NCBI GenBank assembly: GCA_963708075.1
Contig: OY970194.1
Coordinates: forward strand, 1,664,001 to 1,728,000
From: Sedimentisphaerales bacterium
Lineage (GTDB): Bacteria > Planctomycetota > Phycisphaerae > Sedimentisphaerales > Anaerobacaceae
DNA: 64,000 nt
Reading direction: 5' to 3'
Shown: positions 41,663 to 52,760 of the stretch, piece by piece
Numbering within the stretch: position 1 is the first letter of the stretch
Layout of the letters: every line of letters begins with the position of its first letter
Translations under genes and position numbers: made by a program
Notes under the pieces: generated by a model
What the model saw: the letters and a program-made list of their open reading frames with translations, nothing else
Database searches by the model: none
What the model was told of the DNA's origin: nothing

Positions 41663-42292
41663 TCACTGCGCGGCGTTCGCTTCCGGGCCAACGCGCTCCA
41701 GCCACGCTTCTTTCCAGAAACAAAAGCACATTCGCTTGCAGCCGGCGATGCGATCCTCCAAATCTGGCGCAGGCTGGCAATACACTTTGTCCAGGAGCAC
41801 GGTGTTCTTCAGCTTCAGTATCCGGCGCGATCGTTCGTCGAAGAACCGATCGACACGCGTCAGCACAGTGTACGTGCCTCCGCAATACCGCTCCATGGTC
41901 GCGGCGGTGTAGTGCATACCCTCGTAACGGTTGTGGCTGTCCAACGTCGACCGTATCTCAGCCGGAAGCTTCACCCGAACTCGGTCTCCTGGTTGCAGCG
42001 CCGCCGGGAGCCCAGTTGAATCATGAATTTTGGACGCGGCCCTGGGCCGCGCGATACCTAGCACACGTCGGGCTTTCCGCACCGCCAATGTCGGATCATT
42101 CCACAGTCTGCGCGATGTGGCCCGCAAGTAGCGGCCCGTCTGGCACAAGCCCATCTGAAGCCTCTCCAAACGCGTGGTTCCCGCTACAGGCAGGACTCTC
42201 AGTTGACAGCGCATACAAGAAACCTCCTCCCGGACCAATGGAAACTGACAGGAATCTGACTCCTGAAGTTGGTCATGATTGTAGCACGTCAC
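41663..42292 (-). CDS. Hypothetical Cys-containing protein with SH3-like domain (start uncertain)
   Basis: 'LQPGDRVRVK..EIRSTLD', 'MERYCG..Y.V..RVDRFFDE', 'VLLDKVYC', 'GCKRMCFCFWKEAWLERV'. Confidence 0.65.
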   Translation of the reverse strand: MTCYNHDQLQESDSCQFPLVREEVSCMRCQLRVLPVAGTTRLERLQMGLCQTGRYLRATSRRLWNDPTLAVRKARRVLGIARPRAASKIHDSTGLPAALQPGDRVRVKLPAEIRSTLDSHNRYEGMHYTAATMERYCGGTYTVLTRVDRFFDERSRRILKLKNTVLLDKVYCQPAPDLEDRIAGCKRMCFCFWKEAWLERVGPEANAAQ

Positions 42293-42533
42293 GCTCTGCC
42301 GTTAAACGGGAAACTGAAGGGCGTGTGAAATTCTCTTTCGGCGCGACGCCATTCCTCTGTCTGCAATGATTTATGAACGTTTGAAGAACGGAGACCGAGC
42401 ATAGGCACGCCAATGATCGCCGGCGTTCGTGACGAGACTCGCGGCGTCTACGGCCCAAACCACCTCGGCAACGCTGCGACACACGTAGGTGGACAGGATC
42501 ACCTCATCTCCCGCACGCGGCTGCCCTGCGGGA

Positions 42534-43628
42534 TCATACCGCCAGCCGAGGCTTCAGTTCTCCCTTGTACGCCGGTTGCTGCCCGTCCCACAGCGCGTAG
42601 GGAAGGACGAAATGGTGGCTGTATGCATCGCGGATCTCCGCCAGAGGTCGCCGGGTGAGAACTTGCGGATCAGAGAGAACCTTCGTCAGGATCAGGTACT
42701 CACCCTCGACGGCTCCCCATCGTTTCTTGAACTCATACACGCCGCTCTCACGTGACGGGCTGGATTGCCAGTTGAGCCACTTGATTCCGAGATCCATGTA
42801 GTACTTCACTGCGGCATCGACGACGGGCACGTTCGCGTTCAGTTCCATCCCCGCCTCATTGTACGCACAGGAGAAGTAGTCCACAATGCCGCGTCCTCTG
42901 ACAAAGAGCCCTCCCCCAAGCAACTCCGCCTGCTGATAGGCCAGAAAGAGTTCCGCTTTCCCCAAGGGCGCGAAACTCTTCCAAGATTCCATCAGAAATT
43001 GCCTGGGCAACGGCCGGACGCCGATCTCGGCATACCGGTCCTTGTAGATATCCAGCCAGGTCTCGACCTCCGCAACCGTCTCGGCCAGCCGCACTGTGAC
43101 ACCCAGCGAGACCGCTCGCTGGAGCCGATTCACGATCCGGTGCCGGGCCTTCGAATTCAGGCAATCGAGAGGATGCCGATCCAAGTCATTATACTGAAAG
43201 AAGTTACTGAAGCAGTATTCCGGCTCCAGGGTTAAGACATACAAGGCTGTGACGCGCTCGTGGAACGGCGGTATGGCCACCGACATTGTCACACAGCCCA
43301 CGGACTTGGCGTGCTCCGCTATGGACCGCATCAATGCCGGGATGACCTCTCCCTCGCGGTCAGGGACACAGGAGCAACCCCCATAGCCCATGAAGGGGTT
43401 GGCATGAGCAATCGCCCCCAGAGGCCCCCGAAACACGGTATAATTGGCCGTGCCCAAGATCTTGCCGTCCTCGGAGGCCACGGCAACATAGAAATCCTCG
43501 CCCTTCAGCCGCGAGAAAACGTACGCCCAGCGAGGATCATGCTGTGCTGGAACATACTCAAGTTGGTCGAAAAATGCAAGTACAGCGTCAAAGGGCGCAC
43601 TTTGCCCCGCGTAAACCGCCACGTCCAT
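42534..43628 (-). CDS. GNAT/FemAB-like acyltransferase
   Basis: Tandem GNAT-like layout; 'PFMGYGG', 'SGVYEFKKRWGA'. Confidence 0.75.
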   Translation of the reverse strand: MDVAVYAGQSAPFDAVLAFFDQLEYVPAQHDPRWAYVFSRLKGEDFYVAVASEDGKILGTANYTVFRGPLGAIAHANPFMGYGGCSCVPDREGEVIPALMRSIAEHAKSVGCVTMSVAIPPFHERVTALYVLTLEPEYCFSNFFQYNDLDRHPLDCLNSKARHRIVNRLQRAVSLGVTVRLAETVAEVETWLDIYKDRYAEIGVRPLPRQFLMESWKSFAPLGKAELFLAYQQAELLGGGLFVRGRGIVDYFSCAYNEAGMELNANVPVVDAAVKYYMDLGIKWLNWQSSPSRESGVYEFKKRWGAVEGEYLILTKVLSDPQVLTRRPLAEIRDAYSHHFVLPYALWDGQQPAYKGELKPRLAV

Positions 43629-43823
43629 GATTCCATCCCTCACTCACGTCCATACACCCATCCACCGCGCCGCTGCATCCTAGCGGACCTCCTGCCATCA
43701 GCGGCATTTCGCGTCAGGTCACATCCAGCATCGCCTCGACTGCGAAGCTCCCAGTGACCTGTCGCGATGCTATTTGGGTAGCGAGTTTCCTATACACCAT
43801 TCAGGCGGAAAAAGCAAGAGAAT

Positions 43824-44966
43824 TCACCCCGTAAAAGCAAGTTTTTTCATAATTTTGCGTAGAGTATCGGCGCAGAAGCGTATTTGTTCGTCGGTCAAGT
43901 CCGAGTAGAGCGGCAAAGCCAGCCCTCGTGACGCCAGTCGTTCCGATACAGGCAACTGTCCCGGCTGATATCCGAACATGCGGCCATACACATCCTGCGA
44001 GTGAGCCGCGACGGAGCCCGGGCCCGCGCCGACGCCCTCGCCTGCCAGCGCCTCCACAACCGCCTGCTGGCTCATGGTCTCGTCCAGGACGACCATGAAT
44101 GTCTGCCACGTGTGCTCAGGACTGGCGGCCGGCAGGCGAATCCCCGGGCAATCCTTCAGTTGGTCCAGGTACTGCCCAACGATCTGACGCCGACGGGCCA
44201 GAATGGCGGAAAACTTCCCCAGTTGCACCTGGCCGACCGCCGCCTGCAACTCGGTCATTCGATAGTTGAATCCGGCCTCCTGAAAGTCACGGCAGCCGCC
44301 GCGAAGGATCTGGCCGTGGTTGCGCCACATCCGGCAGGCCTCAGCCAAGGCATCGTCGTTCGTCACGATCGCCCCGCCCTCGCCTGTGGTGACAGCCTTT
44401 CTGGGATGAAAGCTGAAGATGCCCATGCAGCCGAATGTGCCGACGGGCACGTGGCTGTATGTGGCGCCCAGCGCACAGGCGGCATCCTCTATCGTCTGCA
44501 GATGGAATTCACGCGCAATGTCGAGGACGGCATTCAGGTCAGCCGCCAACCCGAACTCATGCACCGGCACAACCACACGTGGTTTGCCCCAGTTCTGCGA
44601 CAGGCATTGCTGAATCTGCCGACGCAGGTCCACGGGGTCCATGTTGTACGTGTCGGGCAGAACGTCCACGAGCACGGGCCGTGCGCCGACAGCAATCGCC
44701 ATGTTCGCCGCCGAAGGCCAGGCAAAGCTCGGGATGAACACTGCATCCCCCGGGCCCAGGCCCAGCGCCAGATAGCACACGTGCAGGGCTGCCGTGCCGG
44801 AAGAGACGGCGACACAATGCTTCGTGCCATGCATCGCGGCAATGGTCTTCTCGAAAGCCGCAACCTCCGGGCCCTGAACGACCCAGCCGCAGGCCAGGAC
44901 TCGACGGATCGCTTCGACTTCACGATCGTCGAATGTCGGCTTTGCCAGTGGAAATCGAATCTCCAT
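43824..44966 (-). CDS. DegT/DnrJ/EryC1/StrS PLP aminotransferase
   Basis: 'SSGTAALH', 'PVHEFG', 'IEDAACALG', 'FSFHPRKAVTTGEGG', 'GFNYRM'. Confidence 0.92.
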   Translation of the reverse strand: MEIRFPLAKPTFDDREVEAIRRVLACGWVVQGPEVAAFEKTIAAMHGTKHCVAVSSGTAALHVCYLALGLGPGDAVFIPSFAWPSAANMAIAVGARPVLVDVLPDTYNMDPVDLRRQIQQCLSQNWGKPRVVVPVHEFGLAADLNAVLDIAREFHLQTIEDAACALGATYSHVPVGTFGCMGIFSFHPRKAVTTGEGGAIVTNDDALAEACRMWRNHGQILRGGCRDFQEAGFNYRMTELQAAVGQVQLGKFSAILARRRQIVGQYLDQLKDCPGIRLPAASPEHTWQTFMVVLDETMSQQAVVEALAGEGVGAGPGSVAAHSQDVYGRMFGYQPGQLPVSERLASRGLALPLYSDLTDEQIRFCADTLRKIMKKLAFTG

Positions 44967-45949
44967 TACGCCGACGCTCCGTGGAAATACTCCGCCGTTT
45001 TGGCTATGCCCTCTTCCAGGTCCACCTTCGCCTCGAAGCCAAGCAACTCTCGAGCCTTCGCCACACTGGGGACTCGCAACTCGACATCCGCGTAGTCTTT
45101 TGCCGCGAAGAGAATCTTCGATGGCGAATTGAGAACGCGTACGATGGTTTGAGCCAGGCCGTAGATCGTCAACACCGCCCGGGCATTGCCGATGTTGAAG
45201 GATTCACCGACTGCCTTCGGGTGCGTCATGGCGAGCATAAGCCCATCGACGAAATCATCGATGTAACACCAGGCCCTGATCTGATTTCCCTCGCCATGAA
45301 TCTGGATGTCCTTACCCGCCAGCGCGCGTTCCACGAAGATCTTGATGGCCCCTTCGCCCACCTGGCCCGGGCCGTAAATGTTGAATGGCCTGAGCGTCGC
45401 CGTCGGCATCCAGTATTCATCGTGGTACGCCTTGGTCAAATGCTCGCCGGCAAGCTTGCTGACGGCGTACGTCCAGCGTGCCTCCCCCACAGCCCCGATG
45501 TGTGTGGTGTGGTTCTCCTCCGCGCGAAACGCCGACTGCCCGAACACCTCGCTGGTGGAGAAATCCACAAATCGCTGCAGGTCGGGCAGCTCCCGCGCCG
45601 CCTCCAGGGCGTTGGCCGTCCCGATCATGTTTACCCGCATCGTTTCGGTGGGCCGTTTGATCACCGTGTCGATGCCGGCGATGGCCGCACAATGGATGAC
45701 ATAATGGGCCCCCGCCATGGCCGCCTTGAGGCTCGCGAAATCCAGCACATTCCCTTTGACAATCCGCAGATTGGGGTGGGAATGGTAGGGCTTGGAGCTC
45801 AAAGAGTCACGACGAAAGTCGTCATAGACGATGATAGTGTTGTCATCGATCAGCCGCTCGATCAACGTCGAGCCGATGAACCCTGCTCCACCTGTGATAA
45901 AGATGTTCTTATTCTTAACCAGTTTTGATGCCATCACATACCTCGCCAT
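44966..45949 (-). CDS. NAD-dependent nucleotide-sugar epimerase/dehydratase (extended SDR)
   Basis: 'ITGGAGFIG', 'FSTSEVFG', 'YAVSK', 'RPFNIYGPG'. Confidence 0.9.
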   Translation of the reverse strand: MARYVMASKLVKNKNIFITGGAGFIGSTLIERLIDDNTIIVYDDFRRDSLSSKPYHSHPNLRIVKGNVLDFASLKAAMAGAHYVIHCAAIAGIDTVIKRPTETMRVNMIGTANALEAARELPDLQRFVDFSTSEVFGQSAFRAEENHTTHIGAVGEARWTYAVSKLAGEHLTKAYHDEYWMPTATLRPFNIYGPGQVGEGAIKIFVERALAGKDIQIHGEGNQIRAWCYIDDFVDGLMLAMTHPKAVGESFNIGNARAVLTIYGLAQTIVRVLNSPSKILFAAKDYADVELRVPSVAKARELLGFEAKVDLEEGIAKTAEYFHGASA

Positions 45950-46040
45950 TGTAAGTTAGCGAATACTCTCACCCTGTGGCTCGCAGGCAATGTCATCCTG
46001 CCTGTCGCGAGAATTGCCGGTCGGGAACCATGGTCCTGCA

Positions 46041-46985
46041 CTACAGATGCTTCTTGAGGAACGGATGGAAGTCGCCCCTGAGCCCGATGGCCTTGCTGCG
46101 GCGGATGTCGGAGACGGTCTGGATCGCTGCTTTGGCCTCGGTGAGACCGAATCCCCGCCCCGCAAGGATACCCTCGTAGCTCCTCGTGTGCAGGTCCGTG
46201 AACCCGCCGCTGAACTCGACCTCCTCACCGTCCACGGTGATGGAGCGAAATGTGCCGGTCTTCTCCTGCGGATACTTGGGCAGATCTCGCCCGTCGATCG
46301 ACAGGAACCATCTGACCCTGGCGCGCTTCAACTCGAGGAATCCGGCCGCCTTGGCGGGCTCATCCAGGTGGACAATGTTGTACTGGACCTCGCCGAAGAT
46401 CCACTGGAGCATGTCGAAGAAGTGGACCCCGATATTGGTCGCGACGCCGCCGGATTTCTCAACGCTGCCCTTCCAGGAGGCCATGTACCATCTTCCCCGC
46501 GGCGTGATGTAGGTCAAATCAATGTCATGCTTCTTGTCTGCGGGGGCGGCGTTGATCTTTTCCTGCAGCGCGGCAATCGCCGGATGCAGGCGCAACTGCA
46601 GAATCGTGTGCACCTGCCTGCCTGTCTCCTCCACGATCTGTTCGAGGGCATCCACGTTCCAGGGATTCAACGTGATAGGCTTCTCACAGATTGCATCGGC
46701 GTCGATGCGCAAAGCAAACCGGATGTGGGCATCATGCAGGTAATTTGGGGAACAGATCGACACGTAATCCACTTTCTCCCCGCTGCCGCGACGGCGCTTC
46801 TCCAGATGCCGATCGAAGCGCTCGAACTCCGTGAAGAAGTGCGCCTCCGGGAAATAGGAGTCGATGACGCCAACGGAGTCGTTCTTGTCCAATGCAGCGA
46901 CCAACTCGTTGCCGGTGTCCTTAATGGCCTTCATATGCCGCGGAGCGATGAACCCGGCGGCACCAACCAATGCGAACTTTTTCAC
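46041..46985 (-). CDS. wbpB: UDP-GlcNAcA 3-dehydrogenase (WbpB-like Gfo/Idh/MocA oxidoreductase)
   Basis: 'FALVGAAGFIAPRHMKAIKDTG', 'ICSPNYLHDAH', 'CEKP', 'GGVATNIGVHFFD', 'GFTDLHT'. Confidence 0.85.
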   Translation of the reverse strand: MKKFALVGAAGFIAPRHMKAIKDTGNELVAALDKNDSVGVIDSYFPEAHFFTEFERFDRHLEKRRRGSGEKVDYVSICSPNYLHDAHIRFALRIDADAICEKPITLNPWNVDALEQIVEETGRQVHTILQLRLHPAIAALQEKINAAPADKKHDIDLTYITPRGRWYMASWKGSVEKSGGVATNIGVHFFDMLQWIFGEVQYNIVHLDEPAKAAGFLELKRARVRWFLSIDGRDLPKYPQEKTGTFRSITVDGEEVEFSGGFTDLHTRSYEGILAGRGFGLTEAKAAIQTVSDIRRSKAIGLRGDFHPFLKKHL

Positions 46986-47203
46986 TGCTCCAGCCTCGAC
47001 AGTTACCATTCCCTGTACCTTCTATCAACGGTTCTCATTCAGCGACCCCACCCGATCCGGCTAACGGAAGGCAGTACACGAGCACGGAGCAGGCATTTTG
47101 CACACCGCCGTCGGGCAGGCACACCGCCTCTTGGTCCTCGCTCTTGTGTCTCCGGGCAGACTCCGTCCCCGTCGGCTGCACTCGGCCAACTGCCATAACG
47201 TCA

Positions 47204-47244
47204 TGTATGACAGGGCTTTACGGAGTTGTCCAACCTGTCATACA
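47204..47244. repeat. Perfect 11-bp inverted repeat with 19-nt spacer
   Basis: TGTATGACAGG (47204-47214) ... CCTGTCATACA (47234-47244). Confidence 0.7.
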
Positions 47245-47800
47245 CCACATCATGCGATGCCCGCGACTGTCCCCAGCTCTCGGCGTGTATCGTCGCCTTT
47301 TGCAGCTTTGGTAACGGTATTATCGTCCCATTCGGACAACATAGTTAAGCATTTCGGGCAATCAGTTTCCGGCCGGGAGGATTCTATCAGGGTCTGTCCC
47401 CCTCCAACCAGGCTCGGACGCGGCCGTGCGTGTTCCGCCTGGGGCTTCCCAGAAGACCCCGCAGAGAATTCCTGTCCCGGCAAGTGCTCGAACCTCTGTT
47501 CCAAGCACCCTCCATCGAGCAAAAGTGCGGGAAAGGCAAGGGATAGCACCGCCCGGACCCGGCCGTTGTCGACTGCCCGACACGTCCCACGACCATCCCA
47601 ATCCGTACTATGCCCTCTAAGTGACTCCCTAGCAAGCATTTATGCGCGACCATAACCCTCACAGCCAAAACCGGTCTGGTCTCGCGATGGCTCCACGCCA
47701 CTCCCAACGAACACATCCCATCGAACTGCCAATCGCCCAAATCCCCTACCAGGGGCATGATTCCCACCCCATCCATGTGGAATCGCGCTGACAGCGTCCC

Positions 47801-47829
47801 TTTATATGGGGACACCTGCCTGGTGTCAA
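47801..47829 (-). promoter_or_regulatory. Near-consensus sigma70 promoter facing the EPS operon
   Basis: Minus strand TTGACA-N17-TATAAA. Confidence 0.65.
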
Positions 47830-48088
47830 GTCCCTCAAGTAAGGAAAAGGATAGGTTTGTGACCAAACCCGTGCACTTCCGATAACGAGCGGATACGGGA
47901 CTTGACGTGCACCGGCCAGGTCGCGACGGCCGTAAGTCTTGGAACCCGGGGGGCATTTCGTAGACTTTTGTTGAAGACTAGCGCAAACTATGCTTTGGCA
48001 TAGATCGAATGGTTCTGGGGGTAACAAAATGACACGGTTGGACGTATTATGCAGGATGGGACACGACCGATATTCACCGGCTTCTCGA

Positions 48089-51000
48089 ATGCGCGGCGCT
48101 CTTGTGGCGGCACTACTGTGCCTGGCCATGATCGAATCATCCGCGGCTGCCGCGACGTACTTCGTGGATCCTGTATCCGGGAACGACGCCGGCGACGGAC
48201 TGAGTCGTGAAAGTGCCTGGAAGACGATTCCACACGCAGAACAGAATGCCGCCAAGGCTTCCACCGTCTACCTGCTGAGCGGCAATTACGGGGCTGTCTC
48301 CATCGCCGGCGCCGGCAACGGCGGCCGGGCAAGCTGGACGGACGCCGTCATGCTGACCCCCTACCCGGGGGATTCGCCTGTCCTCAGCGGACTCCTGATT
48401 CAGGGAAACGTGCGCAGGTACCTGATCCTTGACAAGCTGTTGATCCAGTGCCTGGAAGGCAATGGCTCCGCCATCCCTGTCAACATCCAGTCGGGTGAAT
48501 ACATCAAAATCCAGAACTGCGAGATCCGGGGCGTGCTCGGAAGAGACGCAGAGGGCAGGTACAACAACGCGCTATCGACCTTCAACCTTGTCGAGATGGG
48601 TCATCCCTATACTTCCTCCGGCATCGGCAACATCTTCATCACCGGCTGCAACATTCACACCGGAGGCGCCAACGGCATGTCGATCAAGGGGCCCTACTCC
48701 GGTGACATCTGGATACAGTCAAACGAGATTCACAACTTCGGCGCGAGCGGAATCGGCCTCGCCGGCGCCACGAATGGCTACCGGTCCTACCTTCAGAACA
48801 ACAGGATCTATATCCAGGAGTCCGTCTGGGTCTCGACCGCATCCGTCCCCGAATACTATCATGGGTCGGGCCTGAGCATACGCGTGGCAGACGTCACGGC
48901 CACGGGCAATATCATGCGCGCCTGCGGAGCGAGCACAACAATCACCTGCTACCGGGACATATTCGCCCAGGACGGCTATCGAAACATGGTGTTCGAGAAC
49001 AACCTTATTTACGATCCTCTCAACAGTTCCAACGCCATCCGGCTCGAAGACATCGGCAGTAATTTCGTGTTCAATAACAACACGATCTTCGGTTCCCACT
49101 CGGGAGGCACCAAGGGCGTCTACTACTACAGGAACGTACTGTACATCACGCGCTTCGCCCCGGGATGTGACCGGGCCACCGTCCAGTTCTGCAACAATCT
49201 TCTCGCCGGCTACACAGCCGGGTTCGATGGAGTCGGTATCAAGTGTGTTGGCAACATCATCCATGCGTATGGCACCGCAGGTCCGGTCTGGCGCGATCAG
49301 AACTGGGTGAACGCGAACCTGCCGGGCAACCGCGTGCTCTGCTGGAGCACCATAACCGACAATGTGGAATTCCGCACGTCCGGCCGCATTTTCCAGGGCG
49401 GTCCACTTTTCGACCAGTACGCCACCACGTATCCGAACGGCGGTCCTCACCGGGTCGATCTGGGCGACTCGTACTCACTGGCGCAAGGCAGCCAGGCCAT
49501 CGGATATGGCACGGCGGCGTACGCGCCGACGCGCGACATCAAAGGCTTTCTGCGCGATAGCTCGCCGGATGCCGGCTGCTACGAGTATAAGGCGGGCGGC
49601 GTCGGCAACAGTGGCCCGGTGTTCGCCGCGATCGGGAACAAAGAGGCCACGGCCGGCACACGTCTGACGTTCCAGGTGAGCGCCAGCGATCCCAATGGGG
49701 ACACCCTGACCTACTCCGCCTCCAATCTCCCGCAGGGGGCGACGTTCTCTGGACAGACCTTCGAGTGGACCCCCGCGGCCGATCAGGTCGGCAACCATTC
49801 GGTGACGTTTACCGTCAGCGATGGGCAGTCCCAGGATTCCCAGACGATCACGATCGCCGTCGCCGCGGCTCCCATTCCGAACTCGGCGCCTCTGCTCGGG
49901 GCCGTCGGGGGCAAGTCCGTCAATGAGAACGAGCTGTTGAGCTTCACGGTCAGCGCGACCGATGCTGATGCACAGGACACGCTGAGCTATTCCGCCACCG
50001 GCCTGCCGAACGGCGCCGGGTTCTCCGGGCAGACCTTCAATTGGACGCCCGGCTACAGCCAGGCGGGCAGCTATCAGGTGACATTCATCGTCAGTGACGG
50101 CCGCGTCCAGGATTCCGAGACCGTCACGATCTCCGTGGCAAACGTCAACCGGGCGCCGGCACTGAATAGTGTCAGCGACCGATCCGTCGATGCCGGCAAC
50201 GCGCTGGAGTTCAGCCTCTCGGCCGTCGACGTGGATGGGGACAATCTTACGTATTCGGCCACAGGTCTGCCGGAAGGCGCAAACCTGACTGGCCCGAGTT
50301 TCACCTGGACGCCCACATCCAGCCAGATCGGCTCGTACGACATCACCTTCACCGCCAGCGACGGCAGTCTTGGCGATGCCAAGATGGCCACCGTCGTGGT
50401 GGTAGCCACCCAGCCCGACACCGCCGCGCCGGTAGTAGCCCGGAGCACGCCGGAGGCCGACGCGATTCAGGTGCCCTTGAACAGCCTCGTGACGCTTGAG
50501 GTCACTGATGCGGGCACAGGCGTGAACGCCGCCACCGTCGTGATCCAGGTGAACGATCAGGTCGTCTACCAGGGCAACGAGGCAGTTTATGCAAGTTCGT
50601 ACGGCCGTTGCAGCCGGTCCGGCTCCAAGAACGACTATCGATACATCTATCAGCCCAACCAGATGTTCGAGTTCGATCAGACGGTGGCGGTGAAGGTCAG
50701 TGCCGCCGATCTTCAGGGCAACGCCATGAACGAGTACTCCTACTCGTACCTGACGGAGATGAGGTCGTTCGGAACGAATAACCAGGTGAGCAAAGGCACA
50801 GGCTCGTCCGGCACGAGCAAGCCCGTGACCGTACGAGATACGGCCGGGAACCTGTGGGCAGCCTGGCATGCAGGTCCCCAGGGGGGCAGGGATATCTACG
50901 TGGCAAAGCTGGCCAGCGGCAGCGAGGTCTTCCAGACTCCCGTACGGCTGACCGCCGACAGCCAGGACCAGTGCAATCCGGACCTGGCCGCGGGGCCGGA

Positions 51001-52470
51001 CGGCAAAGTGTATGTTGCCTGGCAGGACAACCGCCGCGGCAACTGGGATATCTTCGCGTCCGTCAACGCCGACCGTCAGAACTTCTCCAAGGAAACCCGC
51101 GTCTCGGATTCCAACGACAACGAGATCAACCCCGCCATCGCCGTGGATGGCCAATCGCCCAGCCGTGTCTACGTCGCTTGGCAGGACGGCCGCAACGGCA
51201 ATCAGGACATCTACGTGGCCGGCTCGGCGAATGCATTCGTCGCCACCACCATATCGAGGGTGACGACAGATATGGCGGATCAGACAGAGCCCGACATCAC
51301 AGTCGACGGACAGAATATCGCGTACGTCGTGTGGACGGACATGCGAAACGGTCAGGCCGACCTCTACGGGGCCGCCTCCAGTGCCGGTCCATGGACCAAT
51401 GTGCCCATCGTCACTTCCGCCGGCGAGCAGACCGGTCCGGCAGTAGCCGCCGAGCCCGGCGGATCCTGCCTGCACCTGCTGTGGGTGGACAACGCCGGCG
51501 GCGATCAGGACATCTACTACGCATCGTTGTCCGGCCTGCCCGATAGTCCCGTGGCCGGTCGCAATATCGTGGACGACACATCCGGTGCAAATCAGACATC
51601 GCCGGCCATCGCTTGCGGCCCCAATGGCACGGCCTTCGCTTGCTGGCAGGATTCGCGCCATGAGGCGCAAATGCCGATGCGGATCTCTACTTCGCCGAGC
51701 TGAAATCCGGAACTGCCGGAACCAACGTTCTGGTGGGCGACAACAATACCAACAGCGGGCAGAGCGAGCCCGCCATCGGCGTGAACCTGTACGGCCATCC
51801 CTATGTGATCTGGTCGGACGATCGGGATCAGCAGACGCAAGTCTACTACGCCGCCGGGACGTTCATCGATCCCGAGCCGTTGGACTACAGACTTGTGGCG
51901 GCCTCCGCCGGAGCCACCGTCGGGACCGATCCCGCCGCCATCAGCAAGGTGGAGGACGTCTCCATCGTCGTGCCTCCCGGAGCCTGCCGCAGCGACCTCC
52001 GCGTGACGATATCGAGAGTCGTCAACCCTCAGGTCAAGTCCCTTGAGTGCCTGGGGAGCTATGACTTCGGGCCCAGCGGTATCGACTTCGATCTGCCGGT
52101 CACCGTCACGATTCCGTATCGTTTCTCCGGCGGCAAGCGTAATGCCCGGCCCTACTGGTATGACGCGCTCACGGGCGCTCTGAGCCAGCAGGGAATTACG
52201 GAGGTGGAGAGTGTCGTCATCTCATCGAATTTGAACGCCCTGCGGTTCAAGACGACGCACTTCACGGCGTTCTATCTCGTCGCCGGCGATTCCGAGTCGG
52301 GCACTGCATTCAGCGACGACGCAGGCATAGGCGGCTGCTCCATCTCGGCCACCGGCAAGGGCTCGCCAATGGAACTGCTGATTCCATACGCCGCCATCGC
52401 AACGATCATGATCATTTTGCGACGGCGAGACAGGCGCAGGCAGAAGCTCCTCGACAAGATTCAAGAGTAG
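48089..52470 (+). CDS. Large secreted/surface protein: right-handed beta-helix + 3 Ig-like repeats + propeller-like repeats + ZU5-like domain + GGC-TM-basic tail; apparent frameshift ~51665
   Basis: Signal peptide; 'TYFVDPVSGND.GDG....AWKTI'; Asn-rich beta-helix; three 'ATD.DGD.LTYSA..LP.GA....F.WTP' repeats; 'YVAWQD.R.GN.DIY' repeats; tail 'GGCSIS...LLIPYAAIATIMIILRRRDRRR'. Confidence 0.8.
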
Positions 52471-52509
52471 GCGTTCAGCTCAGCACTGACACGCACACTG
52501 TGACAACCC

Positions 52510-52549
52510 GCCGGCCCGCGGCCAGCTCCCTCGGGCCGGCATTTTCTTT
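52510..52549 (+). terminator. Rho-independent terminator
   Basis: GCCGGCCCG...CGGGCCGGC followed by ATTTTCTTT, 40 bp after stop 52470. Confidence 0.65.
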
Positions 52550-52760
52550 GCGCATCCCCCCTGTCACACGATTGCAGCATGTGAATCGGCTCTCAGATTC
52601 TCAACGTGCAGATCCGGATTTCCGGGTGGCACGGGCAAACTTGTTGGCCCGTGGGGTCTCGGAGGATCAGGCACAATCAAATCAGCACCGTCAAACGAGT
52701 TTGGCGGTGCCACCCGACTTATGAGGGGTCCCAGACTGAACACGTACTGATGGATGCGGG

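Noticed and set aside
47190..47350. attC-like site (CATAAC ... GTTAAGC)
   Set aside because: The L boxes do not pair, and there is no integron integrase or second site.
49475..51670. Long antisense ORFs (also 338-1735, 23630-24994, 54911-56737, 61974-63713)
   Set aside because: They shadow well-supported genes on the opposite strand in high-GC DNA and have no recognisable motifs.
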